Position numbers and translations under genes: made by a program. Under the pieces are notes generated by a model that saw nothing but the letters and a program-made list of their open reading frames with translations, had not been told where the DNA came from and searched no databases. A stretch of 64,000 bases of DNA from Octopus sinensis (lineage: Eukaryota), in the NCBI RefSeq assembly GCF_006345805.1, contig NC_043008.1:1860001-1924000 (forward strand). The letters are read 5' to 3'. This document shows positions 13,180 to 27,031 of this stretch, in pieces (within the stretch, counting starts at the first letter, position 1; the number at the start of each line of letters is the position of its first letter).

Positions 13180-13410
13180 CTGAAAGAAGCTCGTCGTATA
13201 CATATATACATATAAACATATATCTGTGTGTGTGTGTGTGTGTGAAACATAGGTTGTGTTTACGTCCCGTTTCTTAGCGGTTCGGCAAAAAGAAACCGAT
13301 AGAATAATTGTCAGGATTACAAAGAATGAGCCCTGGGATCTATTTGAGCGACTGAAGACGGTGTTCCAGCATGGCCGCAGTGAAATAAATGAAATAAATA
13401 ATAGAAGAGG
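13180..13410 (+). mobile_element. SINE family B, 3' portion
   Basis: ctgaaagaagctcgtcg-(TA/TG)n-gtttacgtcccgt...ttagcggttcggcaaaa...ccagcatggccgcag; the reverse-complement homolog of 47317-47600. Confidence 0.8.
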
Positions 13411-14185
13411 TGAAGAAAAAATTATAACCATCGATCCTCGAATGTAACATACGGTGTTATTTTGTATAATATATCAACGAATAAATCGGTTAATACATAC
13501 GATAGTATTACATACATTAATAACTATCTGTTGATCGTTACATCAGTGTATCGAGGCTTCATTAAATGTTACATAGACGCATTTTGTGTTTAGATTATTG
13601 TATACGCTAATATGATTCTTGTCTGACAAATGTAATTAAACGTAGAACAGTTACAAATATCAATAATACCAATAATATCGCCATAAATATATAACACACA
13701 CGCACACACAGATACACATAAACATACATACAGCCACACTCTCTGACACACACACATACACACATATTGGTGGGAAATGAATTTGCAGAGCCAGAATAAA
13801 CTGAAGGATATATAAGTAAACAGTAGAAGTTCCACTCTGCCACAGCGATTATTGGACGTCTCCTACATGTCTCTATACTATTTTCTCTCTTTTCAAAGAA
13901 ATTATTTCTCTCAGCGTCCAATATTTTCCCTTCCTTCCGGTCTAACGACCCTCCATGTTTCTTTGCGCTCGCTTTCTTTGTATGTCTCCTCTGTCCTGTA
14001 TTTGTTCCTAATTTTCACCCTCCATAATTCCAAAATTCTATTTTGTTATTTATGGGAGCAACTCTTTCATTGATCGAAATGCGGAGTAAATAGACAACCG
14101 ACAACTAATGAACGGTTATTCTTTGTATTACTTATCCTTTTTTTCCTTTCTCGTTATTTGTGTATTTAACGCATTCGTTTTCGTA

Positions 14186-15379
14186 TTAGTTTGTCTAGAA
14201 TGTTCTTGCAGTTTTAAGCCTGTAAAATCAGATGCAAATATCTCGGCTCAAACATTATTTTATTCATCGAAATAAACACCATCAGAATCAAAACACGTTT
14301 GCCAACACGAAACAAGTTTATTTATGACAGTAGCTTAAAAATCCTGTATTCTGACGGTGATGAAGTCTTTGAAGGCGTGTTTGGTATCGTCTTGGTTTTT
14401 GAAGCATTTTCTCACGCAGGAAGATGTCGAGGTGCTTGAAAAAGTGGTAGTCGGTAAGCAAGAGGTCTAATGAGCATGGTGGATGATGTGCGACGTGCGG
14501 CCGAGTGTTGTCGTGGAAAAGAATAGGTTCTTCTCTATTAACAAATGCTGGCTGTTGATGTCGGAGTTTCTTATGCATTTCTTCCTTTTGCTGCCATTAC
14601 TTCTCCGCCGTAATGCTTTCACCTGTATCCAAAAAGCTATGATGGATGAGACCGGCCGCAGACCACCAAGCAGTCACCATGACCTTCTATTGGTGCAACT
14701 CTGGCTTCGGGAAGTGCCGTGGAGCTTCTTCGGCGTCTAAGCGCTGAGCTGAGCGCTGTCTGTTGTTGTAAAGAATCCACGTTTCATCGCAAGTTACAAT
14801 CCGGTCGAGAAACGGGTCTTTCTTGTTGCGTAAAAGAAGGGATGACGACTCTTCAAAACGACGTTTTTGTTATTTTTTGTTGTTCAAATCGTGCGGCACC
14901 CATTTCTCAAGTATTTTTGTTTTTCCAAGCAGTTGGAAATTGTCGTTTACATTATGTCTAATTCAGAAGCAAGCTCTCGAACAGTTGTGCGTTGATTGGC
15001 TTCGACTAAGGCTCTTAGTTGATCGTTGTCAACGTCCGATGGCCGACCACTGTGCTTGTCCTCTTCAGGACTCTCGTCACCGCTAAGATATTTCTTGAAC
15101 CACCATTGTGCTATACTTTCATTAGTGGTTCCGGGGCGAAACGCATCGTTGATATCGCGAGCTTTTTCAGCAGGTTTTCGCCCTAGCTTTAACTGGAATA
15201 AGAAAATTGTACGAATTTGCTTTTTATCCGTGTTGTATTCAAATTTCCGGAAAAAATGGCCTAATTATTCAAAAAGAAAAGGAGCGACACGATTAGACAG
15301 AGCGAACAACGGCCTTTAAAATGATATATGAACTCAAAGTAATTTACCGAAAATCAATTTGAAAATTCATACAACCTAA
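14186..15379 (-). mobile_element. Mariner DNA transposon, Hsmar1-like (cecropia subfamily), defective
   Basis: Minus-strand translation: DKKQIRTIFLFQLKLGRKPAEKARDINDAF...WWFKKY...[80 protein letters not shown]. Degenerate TIR ends (TTAGTTTGT ... ACAACCTAA) are flanked by TA at 14184-14185 and 15380-15381. Contains stops and deletions. Confidence 0.92.
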
Positions 15380-15429
15380 TATTTCATGTTGTTTACTGTG
15401 GATGACGCCCTGTACCCATATCCCATATA

Positions 15430-15468
<39 letters not shown>

Positions 15469-16394
15469 GATATGAACGGGAGTGTGTGATTTAGGGAGTT
15501 CTAAATATTAACATGAAAGAAGCGATATCCCGCTGCTTGGCAACATCTTAAAGAAAACCCTACTGTCCCCAACATTTTCACGGTGCTACATCATCTTAAA
15601 ATATAATGAAATTCAAAAAAATACAACTGATTAACTGTTTCCTAGTTAAGTGGATTGCAATATCTACTGTAATTTCTCTAAATACTGTCACACGAGAATA
15701 TAAGTAACTCTTTATATGATACGCACGACAAAAATACACGCAAATTCATTTTTTCCGTTTATTGAAACATGGACCATCACATAATCCTGTTTTAGCGATG
15801 TGTCATTTCTTCAACTCTTTCGCCCAAATACACCATGAATACCAGTGTTAAAATTATTGTCAACAGAGCGGTTCTCAAATGATTATGTACAAAACCCTAT
15901 AGAAGTTTCTGGACATATTCTATTGACATGTATTGGGTCAGTTTTGTGACAACGTACTATTCACTTGATGGAAACGATTTCACTCTGAGAGGTTAATCGA
16001 TATAATATTGGATATAAATGTTTCTCATTCACACAATAATATCGTAATAGACTTTGTCAGCAGCACATAACACATGTAACTCATTAGATTAGCACAGCGT
16101 TTTTCAAGAGAAAAATATAACAGTCCCAACAATAAGTACTTAAACAAGTTTTCCTTGTTTTTATATTGGGGAGGGGTGTTTGGTTTGGCAGCGAGGGTGA
16201 GTTGTGCTTACTTGAAGGAGAAGTCTTGGTCCCATTAAATCAAATTGTCATTAGATCAATACGAAACAACAACTAAACTTACTAAAGTAATATTTTATCC
16301 GTACCCAGTAAAGATCAACAGGCACGTAGTAACAATGAAACTCAACATTATGATCTCAATGTATGCAACGCTCCCTCTTCAGAAATATACAATT

Positions 16395-16767
16395 ATTTTC
16401 TACTCGAGGTATGGCGCCCGTAATTATCGGGGAAGGGGCCAGTCGGTTAGATCGACCCAAGAACGCAATTTATCGACGCAGAAATGATGAAAGGCAAAGG
16501 CACCATTGGCGGAATTTGAACTCAGAACGTAACGGCAGACGAAATGCCTATTTCTTTACTACCCACAACGGGCTACACACAGAGGGGACAAACAGATTAA
16601 GTCGATTATATCGACCCCAGTGCGTAACTGGTACTTATTTAATCGATCTCGAAAGGATGAAAGGCAAAGTCGACCTCGGCGGAAATTGAACTCAGAACGT
16701 AGCGGCAGAGTAAATACCGCTAAGCATTTTGCACGGCGTGCTAAAGTGTCTGCCAACTCGCTGCCTT
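16395..16767 (-). mobile_element. Dimeric SINE, family A (full monomer plus head-less monomer), TSD around the whole dimer
   Basis: Two copies of the gttctgagttcaa-ttccgcc...tttgcctttcatc core. Flanks aaatatacaatt (16383-16394) and aaacatacaatt (16770-16781). Confidence 0.85.
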
Positions 16768-17179
16768 AAAAACATACAATTCTGAGAAAAACGTGATCCA
16801 ACGGTTAGTCTTTCTATACGAAACACCAAAATTAGAACAACATTCAACTGTAGAAAAGCAGAAATTGATTGTTTTTACAAATAACACCTTAGTGAACATG
16901 CTTCTATTTCGTTTCCAGTTCTGTAGACTGGTGCAAAGTGAAGTTAAGTGCCATAATCTCAGCAATAGCTTACTGCACATATATTTACTGAGTCACAGTA
17001 AATCATCACTTTAAAAGATGCACAAGAGATGCCTTGTGTCTAAAAATGACTTATACTCTGTGTTAAATCTTATGACATTAACGCACCATGTGGCAAACTG
17101 ATCATAGATTGATTAATTCAGGAAACCTAATATGTACAAGCCTGTTTAGGAACCGCTATGCGGTAGGGTCCAATCACCA

Positions 17180-17460
17180 TTTACAGATATTAGCTAAATT
17201 CTACCCAAAATCCAAAACCTTACAATTACAAATGAAATACTGATGTGATCTCAGAAATAAAATTAAGATAGACATCTTTAAACACCTTTGAAGATTGGAC
17301 TTCTATAGCATAGCAACTCGGGGACGAGATTGAAATAACAACGGCATAAGGATATTTATTACCATATTCATTCGAGTATAAATATATATATGGGTTTGGA
17401 ACAAATACTTTAAATTCTCTCCCTATTATGTTCAGCATGTGACTATTGGCCATTATCTAC
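17180..17460 (-). mobile_element. Possible highly degraded Helitron helicase C-terminal fragment
   Basis: ORF 17226-17453 (…KVFVPNP…YP…PSCYA…SVFHL) loosely echoes the PIF1/Helitron 'VFIPRIP…FPV..C(F/Y)AMTINKSQG…VFSHGQLYV' region. Weak. Confidence 0.3.
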
Positions 17461-18187
17461 CAATTTAACATCAGAAGTAATTCAAATGCAACTCACGATG
17501 CAATTCTTTATTGAGCAAAGAAATTGTGAGCAATATAAAGAAATTTATGCAATTATTATAGCCTGCATGTTGGAGATCAAAGTAAGCGAAATTCTGACGG
17601 CTACACAAAGCTTATTAAATTGCGTCACCATTATTGTTAATATGACAAATGTTATTCAAAGTTTTACATTATGTATTTCATGTGCGTGAATAAATATTGA
17701 ATATAATTGAATTTGAGATTGATACACGTTACTCACTGCTGTTTAAACAGTTCCTGAAATCTGTCAGTAGAAATGTTCCATGAAAGCATCAGTTTGTCAT
17801 GAATAATCCATCAAAGAATTTGTTTATAACTTTACGTTGGAAGGGAAATGTAGTCACACTATGCTTTTAATTAGCAGCTGCATATTTGTTGAAACGAGTA
17901 TTCTAGTTGCAATAAAAACGCAGTATGAGTTATACAAATATAAACACTAAATTATCCGCAACTGTGAAAGCATGCCGTTCGCCGTATTTTTAAAACGGGG
18001 CCGAAGTGATGTAGCGGTAGGATTTCAACTAATTGATGTAGTTATGTTCCTAATGAAACACCAAATATTGACATTTTCGACAGGTTTTTCTAAAACCAAC
18101 CCCGTTTAACTACTAACAGTCTATAACTTTTGATTTTTTAATAATGTACGAAAAAGAAAATATGAGACATTACATCATTACTAATCG

Positions 18188-18400
18188 AGAAGATAGCGAG
18201 CGGTCCAAATCGTTAGCACACTTGGCAAAATGCTAATTGTTTTTTGTCTGTCCTTACGTTCTGAGTTCCAATTCCGCCGATGTCGACTTAATCTCTTACT
18301 AATTCGGGATGGACGAAATAAATACCAATTATGCACTGGAGTTGATATAACCGACTTGCTCTGTCACCACAAAATTTCTAACCCTATAGCAGAAAAGAGT
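18188..18400 (+). mobile_element. SINE family A, diverged, with 11-bp TSD
   Basis: aatcgttagcac...ttacgttctgagttccaattccgccgatgtcgac; TSD attactaatcg at 18177-18187 and 18401-18411. Confidence 0.85.
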
Positions 18401-18864
18401 ATTACTAATCGGCGACTTCAAATTACTTGAAGCATTCAAACCCAATCGCTTTAAAACATAGCAATTAATATTTCAATTAATTGTTTAGAGAACAAAAGGT
18501 ATTTTACCTTTTCACAATGTTACACTACAAATATAAAATACAACGACAGAGTACTTATAGTCGTCGTTTTATGATTTTAAGACAGACGAGCCCCGCGTTA
18601 CGGCTAACTGCTTATGGAAATTGTAAATTACAAGCATAAATTTCGGGATGCCGCTTGTAATTTCGCCATTACTGAATCTCGTATTACGTAGTTTAAAATA
18701 GTTAATTCAAGACTACACTTTCTTCTTCACTCAAAGACCACTTTCGTTTTATAAAATATCAATCTATATAGTTAACGATTTAAAAAGAATTCGTCAGCCT
18801 GTTACATACAAGCACAAGCATAGACCATAAGTATATACTATACGAGATACACTTATATACATAC

Positions 18865-18910
<46 letters not shown>

Positions 18911-18936
18911 TTATATACAAACATATACATATGTAT

Positions 18937-18998
<62 letters not shown>

Positions 18999-19002
<4 letters not shown>

Positions 19003-19346
19003 TTCACTTTGACCGACCAGTCCGTCTGGCGTCCGCTTGACACCGCTGGTCACAGCACGCTGTCCACTCCTCTATGGTTCGCGCCTTTCTCATCCACGTG
19101 ATCCCAATCGTCCTATTGAAATCGTCACTCCACCGTCGTGGAGGTCTTCCGGGTGGTCTTTTCCGCTCCCGCGGGTACCACTCGACAACTACGTGGGTCC
19201 ACCGATTATCGGTGAGGTTGGCGCGAGTGGTCCTGTCCAACCTTCCCTTGAGCACATCCCTTATGCCATTGAACGCCTTCCGTCCGGCTCTTACTCTCCG
19301 TGAGATCTCCTTTTTGATATCCCGTCACATATTTACTTCCTGTCCC

Positions 19347-19350
<4 letters not shown>
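18999..19350 (-). mobile_element. RTE-clade LINE 3' fragment, internally deleted, inside a (TA)n array
   Basis: Minus strand YLGQEVNM*RDIKKEISRRVRAGRKAFNGIRDVLKGR is joined to TDNRWTHVVVEWYPRERKRPPGRPPRRWSDD. It ends in aagtgaagtg. A GC-rich island in TA repeats. Confidence 0.85.
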
Positions 19351-19390
<40 letters not shown>

Positions 19391-19727
19391 TCTTAAGAAA
19401 ATGTCAAAGACAGTTTCCAGAAAGAATTATTTAAAAAAATCAGTGGAATATTGGTACTGTATCTCTCTATATATATACACTGAAAATTATAAGTTCAAAT
19501 AAGTTAACATTTTAGTTTTAGGGTAGTTTTAACTGACCTGATTCACCATGTTATCGTAACAGACTTTTTGTGACAACCAGTACCTAACACAACCAAACTT
19601 TTACATGTTACTTTTGGCAATATTTTTCTAAAAAACTGAAACCGGTCAAGTAAATAAGCATCTTTTAAAATTGCATTTTCAAACCGTGTATTTTTTGGCG
19701 ACGTGATGAATACTGTCTAAAGGCGTA

Positions 19728-19924
19728 GGGTGTTAAAACACCTGAAATTCATTAACAGGCGAGATACCTCATGCCTGAGCCCATCTAGGATTCGTGACCG
19801 ATAATGTTCAAGTAGATGACATTGATAAATCTCAAAAATCGTGACACGTCGATGTCTGTCACATGTAGAGGGAATTGAAATGAGATATCTCTCCTCTTTT
19901 TGAAGTTCGGGTGTTCTAACACCC
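19728..19924. mobile_element. MITE-like element bounded by 24-bp imperfect inverted repeats
   Basis: gggtgttaaaacacctgaaattca (19728-19751) versus the reverse complement of 19901-19924, gggtgttagaacacccgaacttca: 21/24 identical. No TSD seen. Confidence 0.5.
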
Positions 19925-20334
19925 GGTGCTTTGGGGCCGCACCAAACCACAGCCTAACGGTAAATACCCGGCTCTTACCGATTGAGTTTATATGATTGAT
20001 CTATATGTATTCATTTATCTATATATAGGCATATATCTATGTTATTAAGTGTGGATATATGTGAACGAAACCGGCTCGGAAACAAGGGTTTCAATTAATA
20101 AACGGGTTTACATTAGAAGACATATTCAGTGCACTCTTGCAGTTCGGCTTCATACGTGAAAAACTTATACTCCGCTACTGTGTCTATTACTCAAGTCAAA
20201 TTTGAAGAAATCTGGCTTGTGCTGCATTTCAATATAGTCTCCATTTGTTAGATTACAGCTACGATTGTTTCACACCACCAGTAAGATATGTATGCCTGAT
20301 TGTGTATGCACACACAACACACACACACACACAG

Positions 20335-20371
<37 letters not shown>

Positions 20372-20514
20372 CTTGTATACATAAATGCATACTCACGTAT
20401 ATGTTAAGTATATGTAAAATTATGTGTGTATTGGAGTGTAAACATGGGCTTATGTGTCATTGCCTGTCAGTATAAATGTAAATGTATATTTTTCTCCTCT
20501 ATGTGCATACATAC

Positions 20515-20561
<47 letters not shown>

Positions 20562-20677
20562 TATAGATATTTATACAAATACATATCCACACCCACACAT
20601 ATGTGTGTATGTATATATATTTATACATATATATGTATGTATGTGTATATATATACATAGATAGATATACGTACATG

Positions 20678-20749
<72 letters not shown>

Positions 20750-22262
20750 TACATACACGCCTCTCAAATCACATTAGCCTGAATAAATGAAGCTTTACTC
20801 AATGATGTCTACTGGTCATAAAGTAAAAACCATAAACTAATTTTCCGTCAGTGCACCATCATTGCTGCTGCAACGTTAACATAGAAATTACAGTTAATAT
20901 AAATCCCATGTTGATACTTGAAAAATATGTTATGTCTTGTTTGTTTTGGATATTACTTGAGTTTTATTTTTAATTTTTCCCTTTGTTGCAAATGTTTCTA
21001 TTTCATATATCCCTGTTCTGTGCTTTCGGGTTTTATTAAGAATTCATGCGCATATACGTCTAGTGAGTTACACAATACTTTGAATCATCGAATGTCAATA
21101 GTGTTTGGAATTACTATAGAATATATTTTCATAACGTTTTCTTCTATATTTGTATAGATTTTTATAGCTAATAAATATTCATTCATGCGCACAGACACAT
21201 ACATTTACTAACATGCACGCAAACACACAGACGCTGACATGTACACACAGTCACACATACTAGTACACACACACATATACTTATATAAATATGTGCGTCT
21301 GTATGTTGATATACGTATATGTGCGTGTGTATTTCCTTGTGTGTGTCTGTGTATGTATGCGTATTCTTACATTGAATTTATTTGAATAATTTTGTTCTCT
21401 CCCCAATGAAGGTACACAATAATATTACAATGCACTCTAAGCAAAGTTTATTATCATTATTCCGCTTTTAATACAATGACACAATTATTTAGATTATTTT
21501 TGCTCCTAGTTCTTTCCGGTACCTACACGTTATTCAATAGTTTCAGCATTCAATGTTGTATGAATCGTTATATTGCTGTCCTCTGTGCAAAATTAAAGTT
21601 GCTGTTTAATTCGATTTTGACTTTTTCGATGATATTTTCATTCTTTTACACTTACAACTTTAGTGTGGTTTGCGTATGATAGAGGGGCCCTATAGATATA
21701 GGGGTTATGTTTATGTACCCTTCAAGATCTGGCTCTGAAAATCTGTCTTCGGAATATACGAATCACGCCCTGATATATTACCAATATGCGAGACTATACT
21801 GATCCGTAACCGTTCAAATCAACCTCTTTTCCCCTGGTGTTATGTACCGTTGACTTGTGAAAAACAAAATAGGTTGTGTGAATAATTTGTAACGATATGT
21901 TACCATATGCAGCAATGAAAGAAATCTGCATGAAAACATCAAATATGTTCAGTTTATAATCACCAGTGAATATTAACACAATGGGAAATGCCGCCGTATT
22001 AAATCATTAAAACAATCTAGAATCTAGAAAATCTTGCCGAAAATCTTGAGACTTCTGTTTTACCTTTCACAAAAATATTGAATCATATATGTATAGGAAT
22101 GATCTGGCGTTAGGGAAACAGTTAAGATATTCTAACGGATCCCATTGTGAAAACTTTCTGAAAAATATTGTTTTGGCTGATATAGAATATTTATTTTAGA
22201 AGGGAGACCGTCATCTCTCGTGGTCGATACACACACACACACACTCACACGTGCGCTCACGC

Positions 22263-22324
<62 letters not shown>

Positions 22325-22374
22325 ATATATATATATATATATATAATATATATATATATATATGTATACATATC

Positions 22375-22408
<34 letters not shown>

Positions 22409-22934
22409 GTGTGTGTGTGTGTATGTGTGTGTGTGCGTGTGTGTGTATCATAAGTGTTTCTTCTGAAATAGTTTCCTTCACGAACAAGATAGATAACTTG
22501 AAGAGCATTCAGAAAATGGCTCCAGATAGGTTGACATAGGTAATTGTTCGACAGGCTGAACATCCTACAACACGAGCACTCTGTTCTTTTACGCGACTGA
22601 TCTAATGGCTTCTGCTCTTCGGTCTTACAACTCCTACTGCGCACAGTTCTTCTATCATTCAAGTTTAGCGTTCAGAATTTTGTAGTTTCGGCGCCGATTT
22701 TCCCAGACAGTCGAATCTCTTCAATTCTGTATCTTCTCAGGTTTTACCAAGAGAGCTGTTTAACATAGTTTCAAAGGCAACATTGAACATTCGGATCTCA
22801 GCTTCCCATGACTGCCTGCTAAAAGAAAAGCTTATCCTGATTCCCCAGCATCTGCGTAAAGAAGGCTAACGAGTAATTTTAATACATTTTGTTGTCATCA
22901 ACGTTTCTTCTTTTAGCTCTGTGTATACAAATGC

Positions 22935-22968
<34 letters not shown>

Positions 22969-23037
22969 ATGTGTGTGTGCGTGTGTGTGTTGTGTGTGTG
23001 TGTGTGTGGTGTGTGTGTGTGTGTGAGTGTGTGTTTG

Positions 23038-23530
23038 TCATCGTGAAGATCCGGCTGCTTTCACCAAATAACATCCTATACACTCTTGCATACGTCAGGG
23101 TAGAACTTCCAAATGACGGTCTGGCACTGGGCGATGAATTCTCGATGTAGAATACCTGGAATGTTGCCAAAAATAGATGACTGTACTTTTGATTTACAGC
23201 TCTGTCGTGCCACTTTTGAAACGCCCGTGCCACTCGAGATGTTGCCCATGACCCATCGCCTCGTCGCCATAATCTTCACGGGTCACAGTCAATGTTTCTC
23301 TCAAATTCTTACGTTGGCTCTTTGTTCCAACTTCCTGCCTATGGAAAAATCGCAGACTACAGCATACACGTGACCACAGAAACAAACAATTTACAACTTC
23401 TGAAGTAGACGCAGAAATGTCTTGCCTCTTGAAAGTCACTGATAGCTTTCACAGGGCATGCAACCGTGTAGTGCCATCTATTGGTGCGCTTCGGAACTAG
23501 TCTGAGAACTTTCTGTTACAACCGCGTGTA
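23038..23530 (-). mobile_element. Mariner-like transposon 5' fragment (TIR plus N-terminal HTH region)
   Basis: Minus strand …EQRANV…RETLTVTREDYGDEAMGHGQHLEWHGRFKSG…SPSARPS matches the mariner N-terminal 'YG.EA...EW..RFK.G…GRP' pattern; TIR-like end tacacgcggttgtaacagaaagttctcagact. Confidence 0.7.
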
Positions 23531-26329
23531 TGTGTGTATGTATGTGTCCGTGTGTGTGTGTGTGTGAGTTTCTATGTATGTAAATTTTCCTGTTCGTTAT
23601 ATTGAAAAGTCAACGATGTAATCAGACACGTTCTTTTTCTTTTATTTTTTTGAGTCAAATATCCCCCATCCCCTAATTCATCATTATTCAGTCTACAGTT
23701 CATAATGCTGCACGGATTTGGTTTCTGCCTAGTATATAACGTGTGGATTTAGAACCTCAGAGATTAACAGCCGAAAATTTGTATTTCAGACGTCTGTATA
23801 TTGTCATTTAGTGTAGAATTGGGTTGCCTTATCAGTATTAATTCCATAATCCATTGTCCACTCTAGGGAATTCTATCAAGTATGACGAATTCCTTCTTCG
23901 CATTTTAAATAATATTTCTCCATTTCTAAGCATAAGCATTTACATTAAAATCGATACATTGCTTCAGTTTACCCAAAAGACATGCGCGAACGCATATACC
24001 TTGAGGGAGATTGAGAATTCCCCCATAATCTGGAAATGTCAACGGCAAACACTCTGCTTGTGAATGCACTTGGATTCACTTTGACAATAAAGACACGAGA
24101 TGAAAAAATACAATTGATTGATTAAAGCAAACGCTGTATAACGATGGTCATTCAAACAAACTATTACAACAGCCTATCGATGAATAGAGACAGAAACACA
24201 AAGTATGAAACACAATAGACAATAGTTCTGCTACGAATGTATGGAACACACAGAACGTGCATTACGTGAATGAAATGTATTCCATGTTGAGAGGAGATGA
24301 ACCCCTAATCAAATAAGACAGAAAATATAATAAATAACTCTCAGTAATCCTATGTGCTGACGCAGTTAATATTAGAGAAAAGCAAATAAACAAAAATGGA
24401 AGGCGAGTTAAGAATACACCAGAAGCATATAAACAAGAGTACAGAGTTAGAATATCCAACGTTAATCATTAAATTAATTGTATAAAATTAAAGTTGAATA
24501 TTTTATAATTTCAACTGTTAACTCGGACAGCCAAGTTCAACATATTTGTTAATCTAAATATGCATGTATCTGTATGTGTACGAATGTATATATATATATG
24601 TATGTATATGTGTGCGTGTGCGTGTTTGCATGTGTGGGTGGATATATAAATGAATATGCATACGTGTTTAATTACTTCGAAGATGGAGTTGTTGTGGATA
24701 CAATTTACATTGTATCCTCCTTTGCAGATTTACCTCTATTAAACGTTTCCTCTAACAGTCTCTTTCTTTAATTACTTCGACATCATCTTGCTTTAGCTTG
24801 ATAATGTATTCTATAAAGTAGCGAACATCTTACCACGTCGCTTAATGTTATGTATTTTATTCATATTTAATAAAAGCAAAGCAAATATTTTCCGCACTAA
24901 TTCTAAATAGGTTACCTTCTATGTCTACTATTGATTTATTTGAAGCTGCGTTTCATATAATGATTTTATATTTTCTCATTGTAATTATTTACTTTGCTTT
25001 CCGTTAAATCAGTTATTCCTCGATTAATATTATTCACATTAAATTTGTATTCAGTTAAAATTCTTATTTACCCAATTTTAGCTATTATTGTTCGTTAAAT
25101 TTCTATTGCATACAGAGATTGTGTAAAAGCATTTAGTTAATGTTGTTTTAATGCTCCGTTGATAATTTCTGTAGCGTTTATTTCAGTTGCAACACATGGA
25201 TATCAATTCCTGATGTTTACTGACTCTTAGAAAAATAAGGAGATACGAAATATGCCACTTCTTGTACTGATTTTTAAAAATGAAACTGGGCTTATATTTC
25301 GCCTTTCTTATACATGTTAATCGACATATATTTCTGAGAGACAAACTACTGGTGTGGATAAAAGTTTAATTAAAGGACACATTTACCAATTATATTAATA
25401 TTGATATCAACATTCGGTGTCAGTGATGAGTTCATATAAATCTAATTCAAAATCAAGAGGTTTGTTTTCTATGTTTCTGTTTCGATAATACATTTTTTCG
25501 TTAATTTGGTTAATCACTTGTCAGGACTAGCAGCTACAAATGGCCGCTAAATATACTTTTTATTGAAGTCTATGATTATTACTCAAGCCTACGGTTTTAG
25601 AATCCCTTTCCTGTTTCATGCACTGAGACATGTCATCCTCAAACATGTTATGCTATCTTTTCCAATATGTGGACAGCTTCATTTAAATTTTCTAATATCG
25701 GGGAGTGTGAACAAGTTAACGAGACCCCGTTTCTAACAAAAACCTTTACCAATGCAGAGTTGCTCTTGAATCGTCTAGCCTCATTACATCCCCCCTTCGA
25801 TGACATGTAAATTTATTTCCATAAACCATGGGAACACGCAATTTCGAATGACGTTCATTAAATACGGTCAGATCAGAAGCTATTAGCTTCATCTCTGCTC
25901 ATTACAATTCCACTTTACCGTCTTCGAAACATGACTTTTATGTAAGCTGTCCACGTCAGGTACTACTTCCCGATTAGCTCATTAGCTTTTTCCTGCCTCT
26001 TCTAACCAAGGGCACAATGGCTATATAATACCATCTACTTATCTTAAGAAATTTATGTTGCCATTGATTTAGAGGATTAACTAACTACACAACATTAACA
26101 CCATATTAGCAGCATATAATTTACTTTATCACGCTACACACTGTCTCTTTAGCCCACACGATTTCACTAAACACACTCTCAGATAAAATACCTCTGTATT
26201 TCAATTACCGTTTCAGAAGCGACAGTTATTAGGCATGTGATTTGCGATTCAGAAACTTCTGATAGATTTAATTACTGCCAGTTTAATAATCATTTACAGC
26301 ACAAGCGAAGTAGTTATCCTCGTCGTGGT

Positions 26330-26575
26330 AATCACCGTCGCTGTCATCATCATCATCATCGTCGTCATCATCATCATCATCATCATCATCATCGTCGTTG
26401 TCGTCGTCATCATCATCATCAACATCATCATCATCATCATCATTATCATCAACATCATCATCATCATCATTATCATCAACATCATCATCATCGTCGTCGT
26501 CGTCTTGTCGTCATCATCAACATCATCTTTATCGTCACTATCATCACCATCATCATCATCATCATCACCACCATC
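26330..26575. repeat. (CAT)n/(CGT)n compound trinucleotide repeat
   Basis: Direct reading; source of the spurious poly-His, poly-Ile and poly-Ser ORFs. Confidence 0.95.
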
Positions 26576-26930
26576 GGCAATAGTAGCTGCACTTACAGCA
26601 TCACAATCGAAGAATATCACCATTAGAGTTCCTTAATTGGAGTGGTAGGAATCACTATTTACGAAAGAAATCAATATTAATCAATTTAAAGTACCAACTA
26701 ACGAGTACGAAGTCTATCAGAATGAAATATTTGGTTGTAGTTTCGATACACTCCAGAAGTCTTTTACAGCATTATTCCGAAAGAGATTATTTTTCTTCCT
26801 TTCGTTTTCTTTTCTTCGTAACTATAAACTTTAGGTCCGCGTAAATTCACCTCGAAATATTCCAAGAATTTACTGAAAAATAGTATGATGATAATGATTG
26901 TAATGATGATAATGATAAAAATAGTAATGA

Positions 26931-26944
26931 TATTATTATTATTA

Positions 26945-27030
<86 letters not shown>
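26931..27030. repeat. (TTA)n microsatellite
   Basis: Direct reading. Confidence 0.95.
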
Positions 27031-27031
27031 T

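Noticed and set aside
26237-26636. His-rich and Ser-rich ORFs
   Set aside because: The (CAT)n repeat is open in several frames; there is no splice or domain evidence.
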